IMG/VR virus record: IMGVR_UViG_3300044305_003112
Location: 1 to 64,000 of that record
DNA: 64,000 nt
Source: a virus
Taxonomy: Duplodnaviria; Caudoviricetes
Strand: one strand, 5' to 3'
Shown: positions 37,529-47,909 of the stretch, one piece after another
Layout: every line of letters starts with the position of its first letter
Position numbering within the stretch: position 1 is the stretch's first letter
Made by a program: the position numbers and the translations under genes
Notes under the pieces: generated by a model
What the model was told of the DNA's origin: nothing
The model's input: only the letters and a program-made list of their open reading frames with translations
Database searches by the model: none

Positions 37529-38180
37529 TATGGAAAAATCCCCACCTAAAGGATCAGTAAGATTCTCTCTATCTTTATCTCCTGAACAAAAAAAAGCAAA
37601 AACTGAAATATTAAAACATCCTTTTAATTTTATTGTAGGAAAAGCTGGAAGTGGAAAAACATTACTAGCAGTTCAAGTTGCATTAGATCAATTTTTTAAA
37701 AGAGAATTTAATAAAATTATTATAACAAGACCTACTATTTCAACAGAAGATAATGGATTTCTACCAGGTTCAGAAAGAGAAAAAATGGAACCATGGTTAG
37801 TTCCTATTAGAAGTAATATGAGAAAAGTTTATAATAAACCTAACATATTACAAAAAATGGAATCTAATGAACAAATTGAATTAGTCTCATTAGCTCACTT
37901 TAGGGGTAGAACATTTGATAACTCAATAGTAATAGTGGATGAATTTCAAAATTTAACAAGATCACAATTAGCAATGGCTGTTGGAAGATTAGGTAAAGAT
38001 TCAAAAATGTTATTTTGTGGAGATTCATACCAAATTGATTTAAAAGATAAAAATTATTCAGCATATCATGACATGGCTAAATTAGTAAATTCAGATTATG
38101 TTTTTAAATGTGTGTTAAATGATTCTCATAGACATGATGCTATAGATAATTTATTAGAATTATTAAATGGATATCATTAA
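37515..38180 (+). CDS. phoH: PhoH family ATPase
   Basis: GKAGSGKT, IITRP, GFLPG, RGRTF, IVDEFQN, GDSYQID, RH motifs. Confidence 0.92.
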   Translation: MTKSNMEKSPPKGSVRFSLSLSPEQKKAKTEILKHPFNFIVGKAGSGKTLLAVQVALDQFFKREFNKIIITRPTISTEDNGFLPGSEREKMEPWLVPIRSNMRKVYNKPNILQKMESNEQIELVSLAHFRGRTFDNSIVIVDEFQNLTRSQLAMAVGRLGKDSKMLFCGDSYQIDLKDKNYSAYHDMAKLVNSDYVFKCVLNDSHRHDAIDNLLELLNGYH

Positions 38181-38197
38181 TTTCCCAATACTTTTTT

Positions 38198-38210
38198 ATA
38201 TTTATAAATA
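38198..38210 (+). promoter_or_regulatory. Late-promoter-like motif ATATTTATAAATA
   Basis: Upstream of the fibre cluster. Confidence 0.7.
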
Positions 38211-38216
38211 AAACTT

Positions 38217-38624
38217 ATGGCAGCAGGAAAATATAATTTTGTAATAGAACAAGGATCTACAGTAGATTTTGAAATCCAATATAAGGATTCAGCATCAGTT
38301 CCCGTAGATTTATACAGTCATCATGCTAAAATGCAATTAAGATCGGGTTATGGTAGTGATGCTAAATTATATTTAACTCTTAGTAGTAGTTTAGACACTT
38401 GTGGTGGAGGATTAAATTTAAGTGGATCAAAAAGTGATTCAACTTATCCTAAACCTCTAGCATCAGGAGCTATTGGGATATATATTACTGGATACTCATC
38501 TTCATTTTTAGATTTTAATGAAGCATATTATGATTTAGAATTATATTCTGGTAGTGGAACATGTCAAACTGTTACTAGAGTGCTCGAAGGTAAAATAAAA
38601 TTATCTAAAGAAGTAACAGTATAA
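38217..38624 (+). CDS. Virion protein, Ig/BppU-N-like adaptor
   Basis: YNFVIEQGSTVD...AKMQLR...YYDLEL...RVLEGKI pattern; precedes the fibre gene. Confidence 0.55.
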   Translation: MAAGKYNFVIEQGSTVDFEIQYKDSASVPVDLYSHHAKMQLRSGYGSDAKLYLTLSSSLDTCGGGLNLSGSKSDSTYPKPLASGAIGIYITGYSSSFLDFNEAYYDLELYSGSGTCQTVTRVLEGKIKLSKEVTV

Positions 38625-38627
38625 ATA

Positions 38628-41600
38628 ATGGCTGTAAATATAAATCCAAAAAATACTAATGTACAGGTAAATTCTGCTAAAAATGTAATCACTATTACTA
38701 ACAAAACTAGTAATAAAAGTGTTTTAGTCCAACCAGAAACAACCAAAATAGTCCAAGTAAATACTCCTGGACCAATGGGTCCATCATTTGGAGGTACCTT
38801 AACAGGTTCTTTAAACATATCAGGTTCATCTGATTTTTCTGGTGATGTTTTAATAGAAGGAAATTTAAAAGTAGAGGGTTCATCTTCATTTGAAGGAAAT
38901 ATATCTTCATCAGGAGGAACTATAAGTGGAAGTAAATATTTAGTTTCAACTAATATAACAGGAAGTAGTGCAAGTTTTGATGGATATTATTTTAATAATC
39001 AATGGGGTAAAAGAAATGCATCAATATTTGTAACTGATCGGTTTGGAAATACAGGTGGAACCTATCCATCTTCATCTAATTCTAGTAGTAATTACATTAA
39101 TATAGGTCAAAAAGATAGTCTTTCTAGTGGTATAGTACTTAATGCAAAGTACTTTAGTATAACATCTTCGGGTATATTTTCTTCAAGTGATTATTTTGTA
39201 GCACCTAAATATTTTGTCCAACAAAGTACTGGAATAGGTCTTTCTAATTTTACTGCTGGTGGGGGTTCTGCTGGTGATTATTTACAATTAAGAAATACAA
39301 CTCATTCGAATGACCAAATAGAATTTATCTCTGCACCAGCAGGACAAATGATTCGTAATAGATCAAGATCTTTTAATATTGTATTGGATTCTCAAAACGC
39401 AACAACTTCTTCTCGTTTTAATATATTTAGAGATTTTCAACAACCAAGTGTCATTTTCCCAGGCCTTGGAGCAGATTTAATGTTTTCTGTAGATAATTGG
39501 GGTAATGTAACTGCAAGTCGAGGAGGAAAAGGAAGTGGAGGTAGTGCTACTGATTTACAAAATAGTGGTAATATTAGTGCAAGTGGATTTATGTATGCTT
39601 CAAAATATTTTGGGGATGATGATAGTAATATAGGTACTTATAGTAGGGTTTCTACTCAAACAACATATGGAAATACAAATAAACCAACAATAATCCAAGG
39701 TGAAGTAACAATGTCTGAACCGGGAGGTTTACTAGTAAACAGTAATATAAGTGCAAGTGGTGATGTAATTACATCTAATATAAGTGCAAGCGGTTATGTA
39801 AGTGCATCTCAATTTATAGGTTCTTTTTCGGGAAGTATAAATAATGCTGTTACAGCTTCATATTCAATATCTTCATCATATGCAGAATCATCAGATCATT
39901 TTACAGCATCATTTATTAGTTCAAGCGGTTATGTTTCTGCATCTCAATTTATAGGCTCTCTTACGGGATCAATTACTCCATCATCATTACCAAGTGGTAT
40001 AATTTCAGGATCTTCTCAATTACCAAGCGGTATAATATCTAGTTCAACCCAATTACCAAGTGGAATAATATCAAGCTCTCTTCAATTACCTTCTGGCATA
40101 ATATCTGGTTCTGATCATATATTTACAGCAATAACATCATCAGGTAATATTAGTGCAAGTGGTTATATAAGTGCAAGTGAGTTTAGTGGTTTATTTACTG
40201 GATCTTTATTTGGATCTTCATCATATGCTACAACTTCATCTTTCGCAATGACTGCATCTTACGCACACTCTGCATCAATTGAAATTACTCATGAAGTATC
40301 TTCATCATATGCAGAATCAGCATCATTTGCCCAACATTCTGACATCTTTACAGCATCTATTGTAAGCGCAAGTGGTACAGTAATAGGTAATACAATGGTT
40401 GTTAATACTGACACACCAGCTGAAGATATGGAATTTACTGTTGTAGGTGATATGAGTGCAAGTGGATATAATTATACTAATCTTGGATTATTTGTAAACC
40501 AAACCCAATCTGTTGTAAGTGTGGGATTGGTTCTTCCTCATTTAGGGTTAGCATTTGGAAATAGCAACCATGCATCATCTTTAATAGGAAATATAATTAA
40601 TTTAGGTAGTAATGATGACCAACACACAACAGCATCAGGTAATATAAGTGCAAGTGGTAATATATTTGGGAATGTTGGAACATTTAATGATTTAGGAAAT
40701 ATAACAGCATCAGGCAATATAAGTTCAAGCGGCTATGTTTCTGCATCTCAATTTATAGGCTCTTTTACAGGATCATTTTTTGGAACAATAGAATCATCAT
40801 CATATGCTACAACAGCATCATTTGCTCAACATTCTGATAATTTTACAGCATCTATAGTAAGTGCAAGTGCTCAAATGTTTTCACCTAAATATTCAATAGA
40901 TAATCAAAATTATTTTGATAAAACACAAATAGCCTTTACAAACACAGGAGATAATCTTGCTCTTAGAGCAGGTTTATCAGGTGTAGATCAAGGACAACCT
41001 TTAATGGATTCTGTTGGTGGTTTTTCTTTTATGTTAGATAGTAATGGTGCAGGTAATGATGCATTTTTTAATTTATATAAAGGGGGCACTATTCCAGCAT
41101 TAGGAACTCAAATATTTCATATAGATAATAGTGGTAATATAACAGCATCAAGTAATATGAGTGCAAGTGGTTATATTTCTGCATCTCAATTTATAGGTTC
41201 TTTTACAGGATCAATTTCAGGAGTAGAATCATCATCATATGCTACAACTGCATCTTTTGCCCAACATTCTGATAATTTTACAGCATCTATTGTAACAGCA
41301 TCTCTATTTGTAGGGGCAGAGTCTTATTATGCAGTAGGTCAACAAATTTTAGCTTATATACCAGCATATTCTACATTTTATTTTGGTAATAATTCATTTA
41401 AAACTCAAGTCCAAGGTACAAACATATTATTAAATGCACCCGTAACAGCATCAGGTAATGTAAGTTCAAGTGGCACAATACGAAGTCAAGATTTAATAGT
41501 AGATAGAAATATAACAACAAATATAAGTTTAAATGTAAATGGATTAACAACATTTAGTGGATCATATGGAAATTATAATACCCCTGCACTTGGAAGTGGA

Positions 41601-43358
41601 CAATTAACAGCAGCTGTAGTAACAGGATCAATAATTCCACAAGTTGATGTACCTTATAATGGTACACATGAATTAGGAAGTAAATCAAATCCATGGAGAA
41701 AAGTATGGGTTGCAGGAGCATCATTAGAATTTGTTAGTGCTTCTTCAGAAGGTACCAATGTTGTATCTGAATCTTTTACATATGCTAATATTAATAGATT
41801 ACAAGAAGGAAAAACACTTGCTACACAATCTATAGGTTCATTGGGAACAGATTATGCAAAATACGCAGCATGGATTCATCCCCAAACTGATACTTCATAT
41901 CAAAAATTAGATTCAGATAGATATCAATTTGTAATATTAGGTTCAGAAGTATTTGATCTTCAAGCAGGAACTACAACCGTATCTACTAATAATTTTGTAG
42001 CTAAATCTATAAGTGCAAGTGGTCATATAACATCATCAAATGTAAGTGCAAGTGGAAATATCTTTGGTAAAGATGCACAATTTGGGAGTAATACTGTGAT
42101 TATAGATGGTGATGGTGGTCATATAACAGCCTCAGGTAATATAAGTGCAAGTAATAATGTATATGGTAAAGAAATATGGTTTAAAGATAAACTTCAACCT
42201 ACAGCAGGAAATGATTTAGATGATCGCATATTATATAATCCTGAACCAAATAGATATTTAGCTTTTTCTCTTGATGGTGCTGATTATTTTAGAGTTTATA
42301 ATGGAACAATGACTTTTGGTGACATTGATAATGTTACTGGTGCTGACTTTGCTATGAATGGAAATTTCAGTGCTAGTGGTACTGTATATACTAATAAAAT
42401 TCGTACTAAAAGAGTAGGTGCTTCTGATGTTAGCAACAATTTAGAATTATTTGCATTAACATCTCAAGGATATATAGGTTATACAATATCAAGTTCAGGT
42501 AATGCTCTTGTTCCTCAAAATTCCACTACAAGATTAGGATTAGGATCAACTAAACTACCAGCAGTAGGTTCAAGATTAGACCTAACTGGAGATATGATAA
42601 TAACAGGAAGTATAACATCTTCAGGTGGTGATATAAGTGCAAGTAGTCACATACATGGACTTACACATTATGGCTCTACATTTCAACCACTACCAGGAAA
42701 TACATCAGTAGGTATTGGTTCAATAAGCACAACTTCTCAAAACTTTACTATAACTATAGGCCATCATACAAATCCTGCACCACTTACAATAAATTCAGAT
42801 ATAACAGCATCAGGTAACATAAGTGGTAGTGCAACTACATCTAATTTTATAGCAGCAACAGGTTCATTCCAAAAATTAACAGGAGATACAACCCAAGCAA
42901 CAGCATTAGAAGTTGAAGGATATGTAAGTGCAAGTTACTTTACAGGTAATATATTATACCAAACAGGCTCTGTATCATCAGGTGCAATACAAGGAGAAGG
43001 AGAGATAATTTATTTTGGTAATACTAATGTAACAGCTGGAGAAATATATACTATTAATCCTGCAGGAGGATGGACGCAAGCTACTTACCAAACTGCAGCA
43101 GCAGCAACCGGATCTTTAGCATTAGCATTAGGAACAAATTCAACAACCCATGGGATGTTATTAAAAGGTACAGCAAAAGTAGCAAGCAACCCCGGTAGTG
43201 TAAGTGTAGGAGCACCATTATATTTATTTTCAGCTGGGAGAGCAAATAAAGAATTTGCATATTCCTCAGGAGAAATAGCTAGAATAGTAGGATACTATTT
43301 AAAATCAGATGGAACAATTTTATTTGATCCTGACAAAACATGGGTAGTTGTAAGTTAA
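38628..43358 (+). CDS. Long repeat-rich fibre protein
   Basis: 1576 aa. Many GNISASG, SASQFIGSFTGS and SSYATTASFAQHSD repeats; four LPSGIISxS tandem units. Confidence 0.65.
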   Translation: MAVNINPKNTNVQVNSAKNVITITNKTSNKSVLVQPETTKIVQVNTPGPMGPSFGGTLTGSLNISGSSDFSGDVLIEGNLKVEGSSSFEGNISSSGGTISGSKYLVSTNITGSSASFDGYYFNNQWGKRNASIFVTDRFGNTGGTYPSSSNSSSNYINIGQKDSLSSGIVLNAKYFSITSSGIFSSSDYFVAPKYFVQQSTGIGLSNFTAGGGSAGDYLQLRNTTHSNDQIEFISAPAGQMIRNRSRSFNIVLDSQNATTSSRFNIFRDFQQPSVIFPGLGADLMFSVDNWGNVTASRGGKGSGGSATDLQNSGNISASGFMYASKYFGDDDSNIGTYSRVSTQTTYGNTNKPTIIQGEVTMSEPGGLLVNSNISASGDVITSNISASGYVSASQFIGSFSGSINNAVTASYSISSSYAESSDHFTASFISSSGYVSASQFIGSLTGSITPSSLPSGIISGSSQLPSGIISSSTQLPSGIISSSLQLPSGIISGSDHIFTAITSSGNISASGYISASEFSGLFTGSLFGSSSYATTSSFAMTASYAHSASIEITHEVSSSYAESASFAQHSDIFTASIVSASGTVIGNTMVVNTDTPAEDMEFTVVGDMSASGYNYTNLGLFVNQTQSVVSVGLVLPHLGLAFGNSNHASSLIGNIINLGSNDDQHTTASGNISASGNIFGNVGTFNDLGNITASGNISSSGYVSASQFIGSFTGSFFGTIESSSYATTASFAQHSDNFTASIVSASAQMFSPKYSIDNQNYFDKTQIAFTNTGDNLALRAGLSGVDQGQPLMDSVGGFSFMLDSNGAGNDAFFNLYKGGTIPALGTQIFHIDNSGNITASSNMSASGYISASQFIGSFTGSISGVESSSYATTASFAQHSDNFTASIVTASLFVGAESYYAVGQQILAYIPAYSTFYFGNNSFKTQVQGTNILLNAPVTASGNVSSSGTIRSQDLIVDRNITTNISLNVNGLTTFSGSYGNYNTPALGSGQLTAAVVTGSIIPQVDVPYNGTHELGSKSNPWRKVWVAGASLEFVSASSEGTNVVSESFTYANINRLQEGKTLATQSIGSLGTDYAKYAAWIHPQTDTSYQKLDSDRYQFVILGSEVFDLQAGTTTVSTNNFVAKSISASGHITSSNVSASGNIFGKDAQFGSNTVIIDGDGGHITASGNISASNNVYGKEIWFKDKLQPTAGNDLDDRILYNPEPNRYLAFSLDGADYFRVYNGTMTFGDIDNVTGADFAMNGNFSASGTVYTNKIRTKRVGASDVSNNLELFALTSQGYIGYTISSSGNALVPQNSTTRLGLGSTKLPAVGSRLDLTGDMIITGSITSSGGDISASSHIHGLTHYGSTFQPLPGNTSVGIGSISTTSQNFTITIGHHTNPAPLTINSDITASGNISGSATTSNFIAATGSFQKLTGDTTQATALEVEGYVSASYFTGNILYQTGSVSSGAIQGEGEIIYFGNTNVTAGEIYTINPAGGWTQATYQTAAAATGSLALALGTNSTTHGMLLKGTAKVASNPGSVSVGAPLYLFSAGRANKEFAYSSGEIARIVGYYLKSDGTILFDPDKTWVVVS

Positions 43359-43373
43359 TAAAAAATTAAGATT

Positions 43374-43751
43374 ATGGCAGATTATACACTTGAAGAATTA
43401 CAACAAATGCTTGCTGAAAAGCAAGAAGAAGAAGCAATAGCTAATGATACACCAACTGCTTTTGAAATATATGAAAGAAGTATTGTAGAAGCTAGTGATT
43501 ATGAAGAAATCTACATTTATTATACAGGTTCTTTTAATACTAAATTAGGTTATATTGCAAAATCTCAAACAGAAGATAAAAAAATAGTATGGCAAACTTA
43601 CTATATAAATGAAATGAGAAATGGAAAGTTAGTAGGAAGAAGTCCTCAAAATAGAGTTTCAACAACTGGCTCTTATAATAGTGTTATACCTAATCCTACT
43701 CTACAAATTATAGGTTCACGTGAAGTTGACACAACAGTAATGAAAGGATAA
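43374..43751 (+). CDS. Hypothetical protein in the fibre cluster
   Basis: 125-aa ORF tightly packed in the operon. Confidence 0.5.
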   Translation: MADYTLEELQQMLAEKQEEEAIANDTPTAFEIYERSIVEASDYEEIYIYYTGSFNTKLGYIAKSQTEDKKIVWQTYYINEMRNGKLVGRSPQNRVSTTGSYNSVIPNPTLQIIGSREVDTTVMKG

Positions 43752-43753
43752 TT

Positions 43754-45412
43754 ATGGCAGTATATTATGTAAGTAAATATGGAGATGATAATAATAATGG
43801 AAGTTTAAACCTACCATTTTTAACTATAGATTATGCAGATACTCAAATATCAGCTGGTGATACAATTTATATAGCTCCAGGAATATATAGAGAAAAAGTT
43901 CAATTCTCAGTAGGAGGTGCAGCAGGTAATCATGTTAGATGGATAGGAGACCCAGATTTAAATCAATTTTCACAAGCCAACCTACCAGCAGGTTCTGCAT
44001 CTTATGAAAAAGGTGTAATTAGAGTTACGTCAGCTAATGAAAATGAACAATATGATGGTGATGCTAATTGCTATGCTCTTTATACTTATACTAAAACTTA
44101 CATAGAATTTCACAACATTCATGCTGATGGTGGAGGATCAAAAACAGGAACAAATTCAGCAAGAAACTCTTATTCTTTTAGAGGATATAATGACGTATAT
44201 GATATATATGCTTTTAATTGTTTAGCTCAAGGATCATCACATGGTTTTTATAGAATATCTACGGCTAATTGTTTGGCTATATCTTGTGGAGCGTATGGTT
44301 TTTATCAAGGTGAAAAACAGGTAAATTCAATAGCAATAGGAGGATATTCTGGTTTTTACCAAAGTGATCTTTGTGTAGATTGTATAGCTATTGGTGGAGG
44401 AGTAGGAGGTTTTTGGAATGTAGATAAAATGGTTAATTGTGCAACAATTGGAGGAGCTGTAGGTTTTAGATGTTATGATCAAAATGATTATGTCTACGAT
44501 AGTATAGCAATAGGGGCATCAACAGGATTCCAATCTTCATTTAATACACAAGCTCAAGGAACAGTAATAAGTGGAAGTTTTGCCCAAGGGAATTATGGTA
44601 TAACATATAGAGGAAATATATCAAATTTTAGATGGGGAGCAGGAAATTATAGATTTGTATCTAACACTAATGGTTATCCTTATGGTTGGGATGGTAGTGC
44701 TCCTGGTTTTCAAAATATATCAACTGGAGATGTAGGGTTATTATGGTCTTATAATAAATTAATTGATATAGCAGAAGTATTAAAACCTACACTTTTAAAT
44801 AAAATGGTACGAGGAGCATCAGATTCTAACCATGATAGTGATAGAGCACAGCAAGATTCTTCACTTGAAGGACCCTATACTGATTATGAATTACAAGATA
44901 TAGCAAATTCCCCAAGATTATTAGGTGAAAGAACAGCAAGTTTTCATTTAAATGATAATGGATTATCTAAAAGAGACTTAGGTCCTTGGGAATTTTCAAC
45001 TACAGAAATAACTAGTTCTATTAATTTTTCAGCTGTTTCTCAAAGCACACCAGGATTTAGAATTTTAGGAGAAGGAATAAAATATTTTAAAATAGGTCAA
45101 CCTTCAGGAAGTGCTATAACAGCAAGCGTTAATGTTTATTATACTTCAAGTGCAACAATGAAACCATCAATTTCATTTAAGTATTTTAAGACAATGCCAT
45201 CTTCATCAACATATAATGGTAATCTTTTTGCATATTCAACAGGTTCCCAATTAGATATACAAACAACAATAGCAACAGCTAATCAAAATACGTGGACTAA
45301 TGTAGCAGTTTCTGCAAGTCCATCATCAAATGATCAAGTTTTACAACTTCAATTATATGCTAGATCAACAGGTTCAGCAACAGCTTCATTTAGTGATATA
45401 TTAATACAATGA
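43754..45412 (+). CDS. Right-handed beta-helix protein (DUF1565-like N-terminus), possible spike/depolymerase
   Basis: YYVSKYGDDNNNGS..PFLTI..A, TIYIAPGIYRE, and NC(L/I)A-type repeats. Confidence 0.65.
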   Translation: MAVYYVSKYGDDNNNGSLNLPFLTIDYADTQISAGDTIYIAPGIYREKVQFSVGGAAGNHVRWIGDPDLNQFSQANLPAGSASYEKGVIRVTSANENEQYDGDANCYALYTYTKTYIEFHNIHADGGGSKTGTNSARNSYSFRGYNDVYDIYAFNCLAQGSSHGFYRISTANCLAISCGAYGFYQGEKQVNSIAIGGYSGFYQSDLCVDCIAIGGGVGGFWNVDKMVNCATIGGAVGFRCYDQNDYVYDSIAIGASTGFQSSFNTQAQGTVISGSFAQGNYGITYRGNISNFRWGAGNYRFVSNTNGYPYGWDGSAPGFQNISTGDVGLLWSYNKLIDIAEVLKPTLLNKMVRGASDSNHDSDRAQQDSSLEGPYTDYELQDIANSPRLLGERTASFHLNDNGLSKRDLGPWEFSTTEITSSINFSAVSQSTPGFRILGEGIKYFKIGQPSGSAITASVNVYYTSSATMKPSISFKYFKTMPSSSTYNGNLFAYSTGSQLDIQTTIATANQNTWTNVAVSASPSSNDQVLQLQLYARSTGSATASFSDILIQ

Positions 45413-45630
45413 TAATAAAAAACGGCGAAATATTTGGTATAAGTATTAAAAAAAATACTAATAGACAATCTAAAATAATTGTTAAAAATGGTGATATAAC
45501 AGGGTTAATAGGATTTGAAAAAACACCAGTTATAGCTCCATCAGGATATGCAAATACAATAATAGGGGTTAATATAAGTAGTATTATAAATGTAGCAACA
45601 GCAAATGTTTCTAACGTTATAGGAGTTTAA
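45409..45630 (+). CDS. Small virion-associated protein
   Basis: 73 aa; IxNG repeats; ATGA overlap with the upstream gene. Confidence 0.45.
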   Translation: MIIKNGEIFGISIKKNTNRQSKIIVKNGDITGLIGFEKTPVIAPSGYANTIIGVNISSIINVATANVSNVIGV

Positions 45631-45640
45631 AAATTAAAAT

Positions 45641-46174
45641 ATGGCACAAGTAGATTTACTAATAAGTGGTGTAATTTCTGAAAATACGGCAACTCCTGCT
45701 TCTAATATGGAAAGTGATGATGGTAATACATGTAATTTTTTAAATACACAAATAGCACTAGTAAGTTTAGATGATATGCCTTCAAATGTAGATGCAATAA
45801 CATCAGCAACAATACATATTCAAGGTAATATATCACCTACTAAAACAATTGCAAATGTAGATTTAAAATTACTAACCTCGGGTGGTACAATGTTACGAGA
45901 AGATGCATTTAATGTTGATGCACCAACTGCTGTTAATTATACATCTGATACATGGACTACTTATATAGATGGTGGAGCAACTTCAACATGGGATACCACA
46001 GTTGTAAATGATATGAGATTGCAAGTTAAACACGCTGGTAATATATCAGGAACACCTACTTTTTTAGCTGATTTTGCATTTGTAAGAATTGTTTATACTG
46101 AAACAGCTATCCCACCTACTGTAAAATTAACATCAGGTAAGGTTATTATAACAAATGGTAAAGTATCTGTATAA
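45641..46174 (+). CDS. Beta-rich hypothetical virion protein
   Basis: 177 aa, last gene of the fibre cluster. Confidence 0.45.
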   Translation: MAQVDLLISGVISENTATPASNMESDDGNTCNFLNTQIALVSLDDMPSNVDAITSATIHIQGNISPTKTIANVDLKLLTSGGTMLREDAFNVDAPTAVNYTSDTWTTYIDGGATSTWDTTVVNDMRLQVKHAGNISGTPTFLADFAFVRIVYTETAIPPTVKLTSGKVIITNGKVSV

Positions 46175-46200
46175 TAAAGGCATCTAAAATCTTTTTTTTC

Positions 46201-46210
46201 ATATTTATAA
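46201..46210 (+). promoter_or_regulatory. Late-promoter-like motif ATATTTATAA
   Basis: Upstream of the neck genes. Confidence 0.65.
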
Positions 46211-46225
46211 TAAAATAATTGACTT

Positions 46226-47395
46226 ATGGCTAAAATCCCAATTTTTCCTGGATCATCATCATTCTTTCCTGGGGATACTCCTTTTGGTTTTTATGATAAT
46301 GAAGTAGAATTTCAAAAAGATGCTGATAAAATAACTGTTTTTTGTGCTAGAAGATTAGGATATCCTATTATGGATGTTGAATTGCAAGATTTAAATTTCT
46401 ACACAGCATTTGAAGAAGCAGTAACAACATATGGTAATGAATTATATGCTTATAAAGTAAGAGAAGATTATTTATCTTTGGAGGGTTCAACAACAGGTTC
46501 AACTAATAAATTTGGAGAAAAAACAAATATAAATCATTCTTTAATAAGACCTAATTTTGGTCCTATTGTAAGATATAGTGAACAATATGGAGAAGAAGCA
46601 GGAACAGGAGGAAACACAACATGGCATACAGGATCTATTGGTTTAATTAAAAATAAACAAGTTTATGATTTAACTGAATGGGCTGTTAGTCAATCAATAA
46701 ATGAAGGTGATCTTGAAATTAAAAGAATATTTTATGAAACTCCTCCTGCAATAGTAAAATATTTTGACCCATATGCAGGAACAGGAACAGGAATGATTAA
46801 TTTAATGGACACTTTTGGTTGGGGTAATTACTCACCTGCAATTAATTTCTTATTAATGCCTGTTAGTTTTGATATGCAAAAAATCCAAGCTATTGAATTT
46901 AATGACCAAGTTAGAAAATCACAATATTCATTTGAATTAGTAAATAATCAGTTAAGGATATTTCCAATACCACAATCATCTACAACATTATATTTTCAAT
47001 ATATTAAAAAATCAGAAAGAAATAATCCTACATCAATATCAAGTTCAGGAGTAATTACTAATGTATCAAATGTTCCTTATGATAATCCAACATATACTCA
47101 AATTAATTCTATAGGAAGACAATGGATTTTTGAATATACGTTAGCATTAGCAAAAGAAATGTTAGGGTATGTAAGAGGAAAATACTCACAAGTCCCAATA
47201 CCAGGAGCAGAAGTAACCTTAAATCAAGGTGACTTAGTATCAGCAGGAACAGCAGAAAAAACAGCATTAATTGAAAGATTAAGAGCTTATTTTGATGAAA
47301 CTTCTCGTGATAAATTAATGGAAAGAAGAGCATTAGAAACAGAAAATAGAATAAAAGAATTAAACGCGGTACCATACCCAATTTATATAGGATAA
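46226..47395 (+). CDS. Neck/head-completion protein (gp13-like)
   Basis: RRLGYPIMDVEL, YTLALAKEMLGYVRGKY...GAEVTLN. First gene of the neck-tail operon. Confidence 0.75.
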   Translation: MAKIPIFPGSSSFFPGDTPFGFYDNEVEFQKDADKITVFCARRLGYPIMDVELQDLNFYTAFEEAVTTYGNELYAYKVREDYLSLEGSTTGSTNKFGEKTNINHSLIRPNFGPIVRYSEQYGEEAGTGGNTTWHTGSIGLIKNKQVYDLTEWAVSQSINEGDLEIKRIFYETPPAIVKYFDPYAGTGTGMINLMDTFGWGNYSPAINFLLMPVSFDMQKIQAIEFNDQVRKSQYSFELVNNQLRIFPIPQSSTTLYFQYIKKSERNNPTSISSSGVITNVSNVPYDNPTYTQINSIGRQWIFEYTLALAKEMLGYVRGKYSQVPIPGAEVTLNQGDLVSAGTAEKTALIERLRAYFDETSRDKLMERRALETENRIKELNAVPYPIYIG

Positions 47396-47396
47396 T

Positions 47397-47909
47397 ATGG
47401 CTTTATTTGGAGGTGAAAGAGATATAAGTTTATTTAGAAGTATAAACAGAGAATTAATGGGTGATATTATTACCCAACAATGTGCTCTTTATAAATTTAA
47501 AATAGAAGAAACTAAAGTAAATATTTATGGTGAAGCAGCTGAAGAAAAATATTATATGGGTCCTGTCTTATTTAATGTATTAATAGAAAGATCAGACCAA
47601 GATTTCCCAGACTCAGATCAAGGAGTTGAATTTGCACAAGGTATTACATTTAAATTTTTAAGGGATGATCTAGTTGACGCAAATACAGTACCTGAAGTAG
47701 GTGATATTATTTTATATGAAGAAGGATACCATGAAGTAGATTCAATTGTAAGTAATCAATTATTTGTAGGTAAAGATCCAAGATATCCTAATAAACCAAA
47801 TCCATATGAAAATGATTTAGATAAATATGGGTATGATGTTTCAATTATTTGTAAAACACATTCAGTACCATCAGATAAAGTAGGTATAACTAGAGAAAGA
47901 TTAGCATAA
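47397..47909 (+). CDS. Neck/head-closure protein (gp14-like)
   Basis: NIYGEA, PEVGDII motifs; position after the gp13-like gene. Confidence 0.65.
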   Translation: MALFGGERDISLFRSINRELMGDIITQQCALYKFKIEETKVNIYGEAAEEKYYMGPVLFNVLIERSDQDFPDSDQGVEFAQGITFKFLRDDLVDANTVPEVGDIILYEEGYHEVDSIVSNQLFVGKDPRYPNKPNPYENDLDKYGYDVSIICKTHSVPSDKVGITRERLA

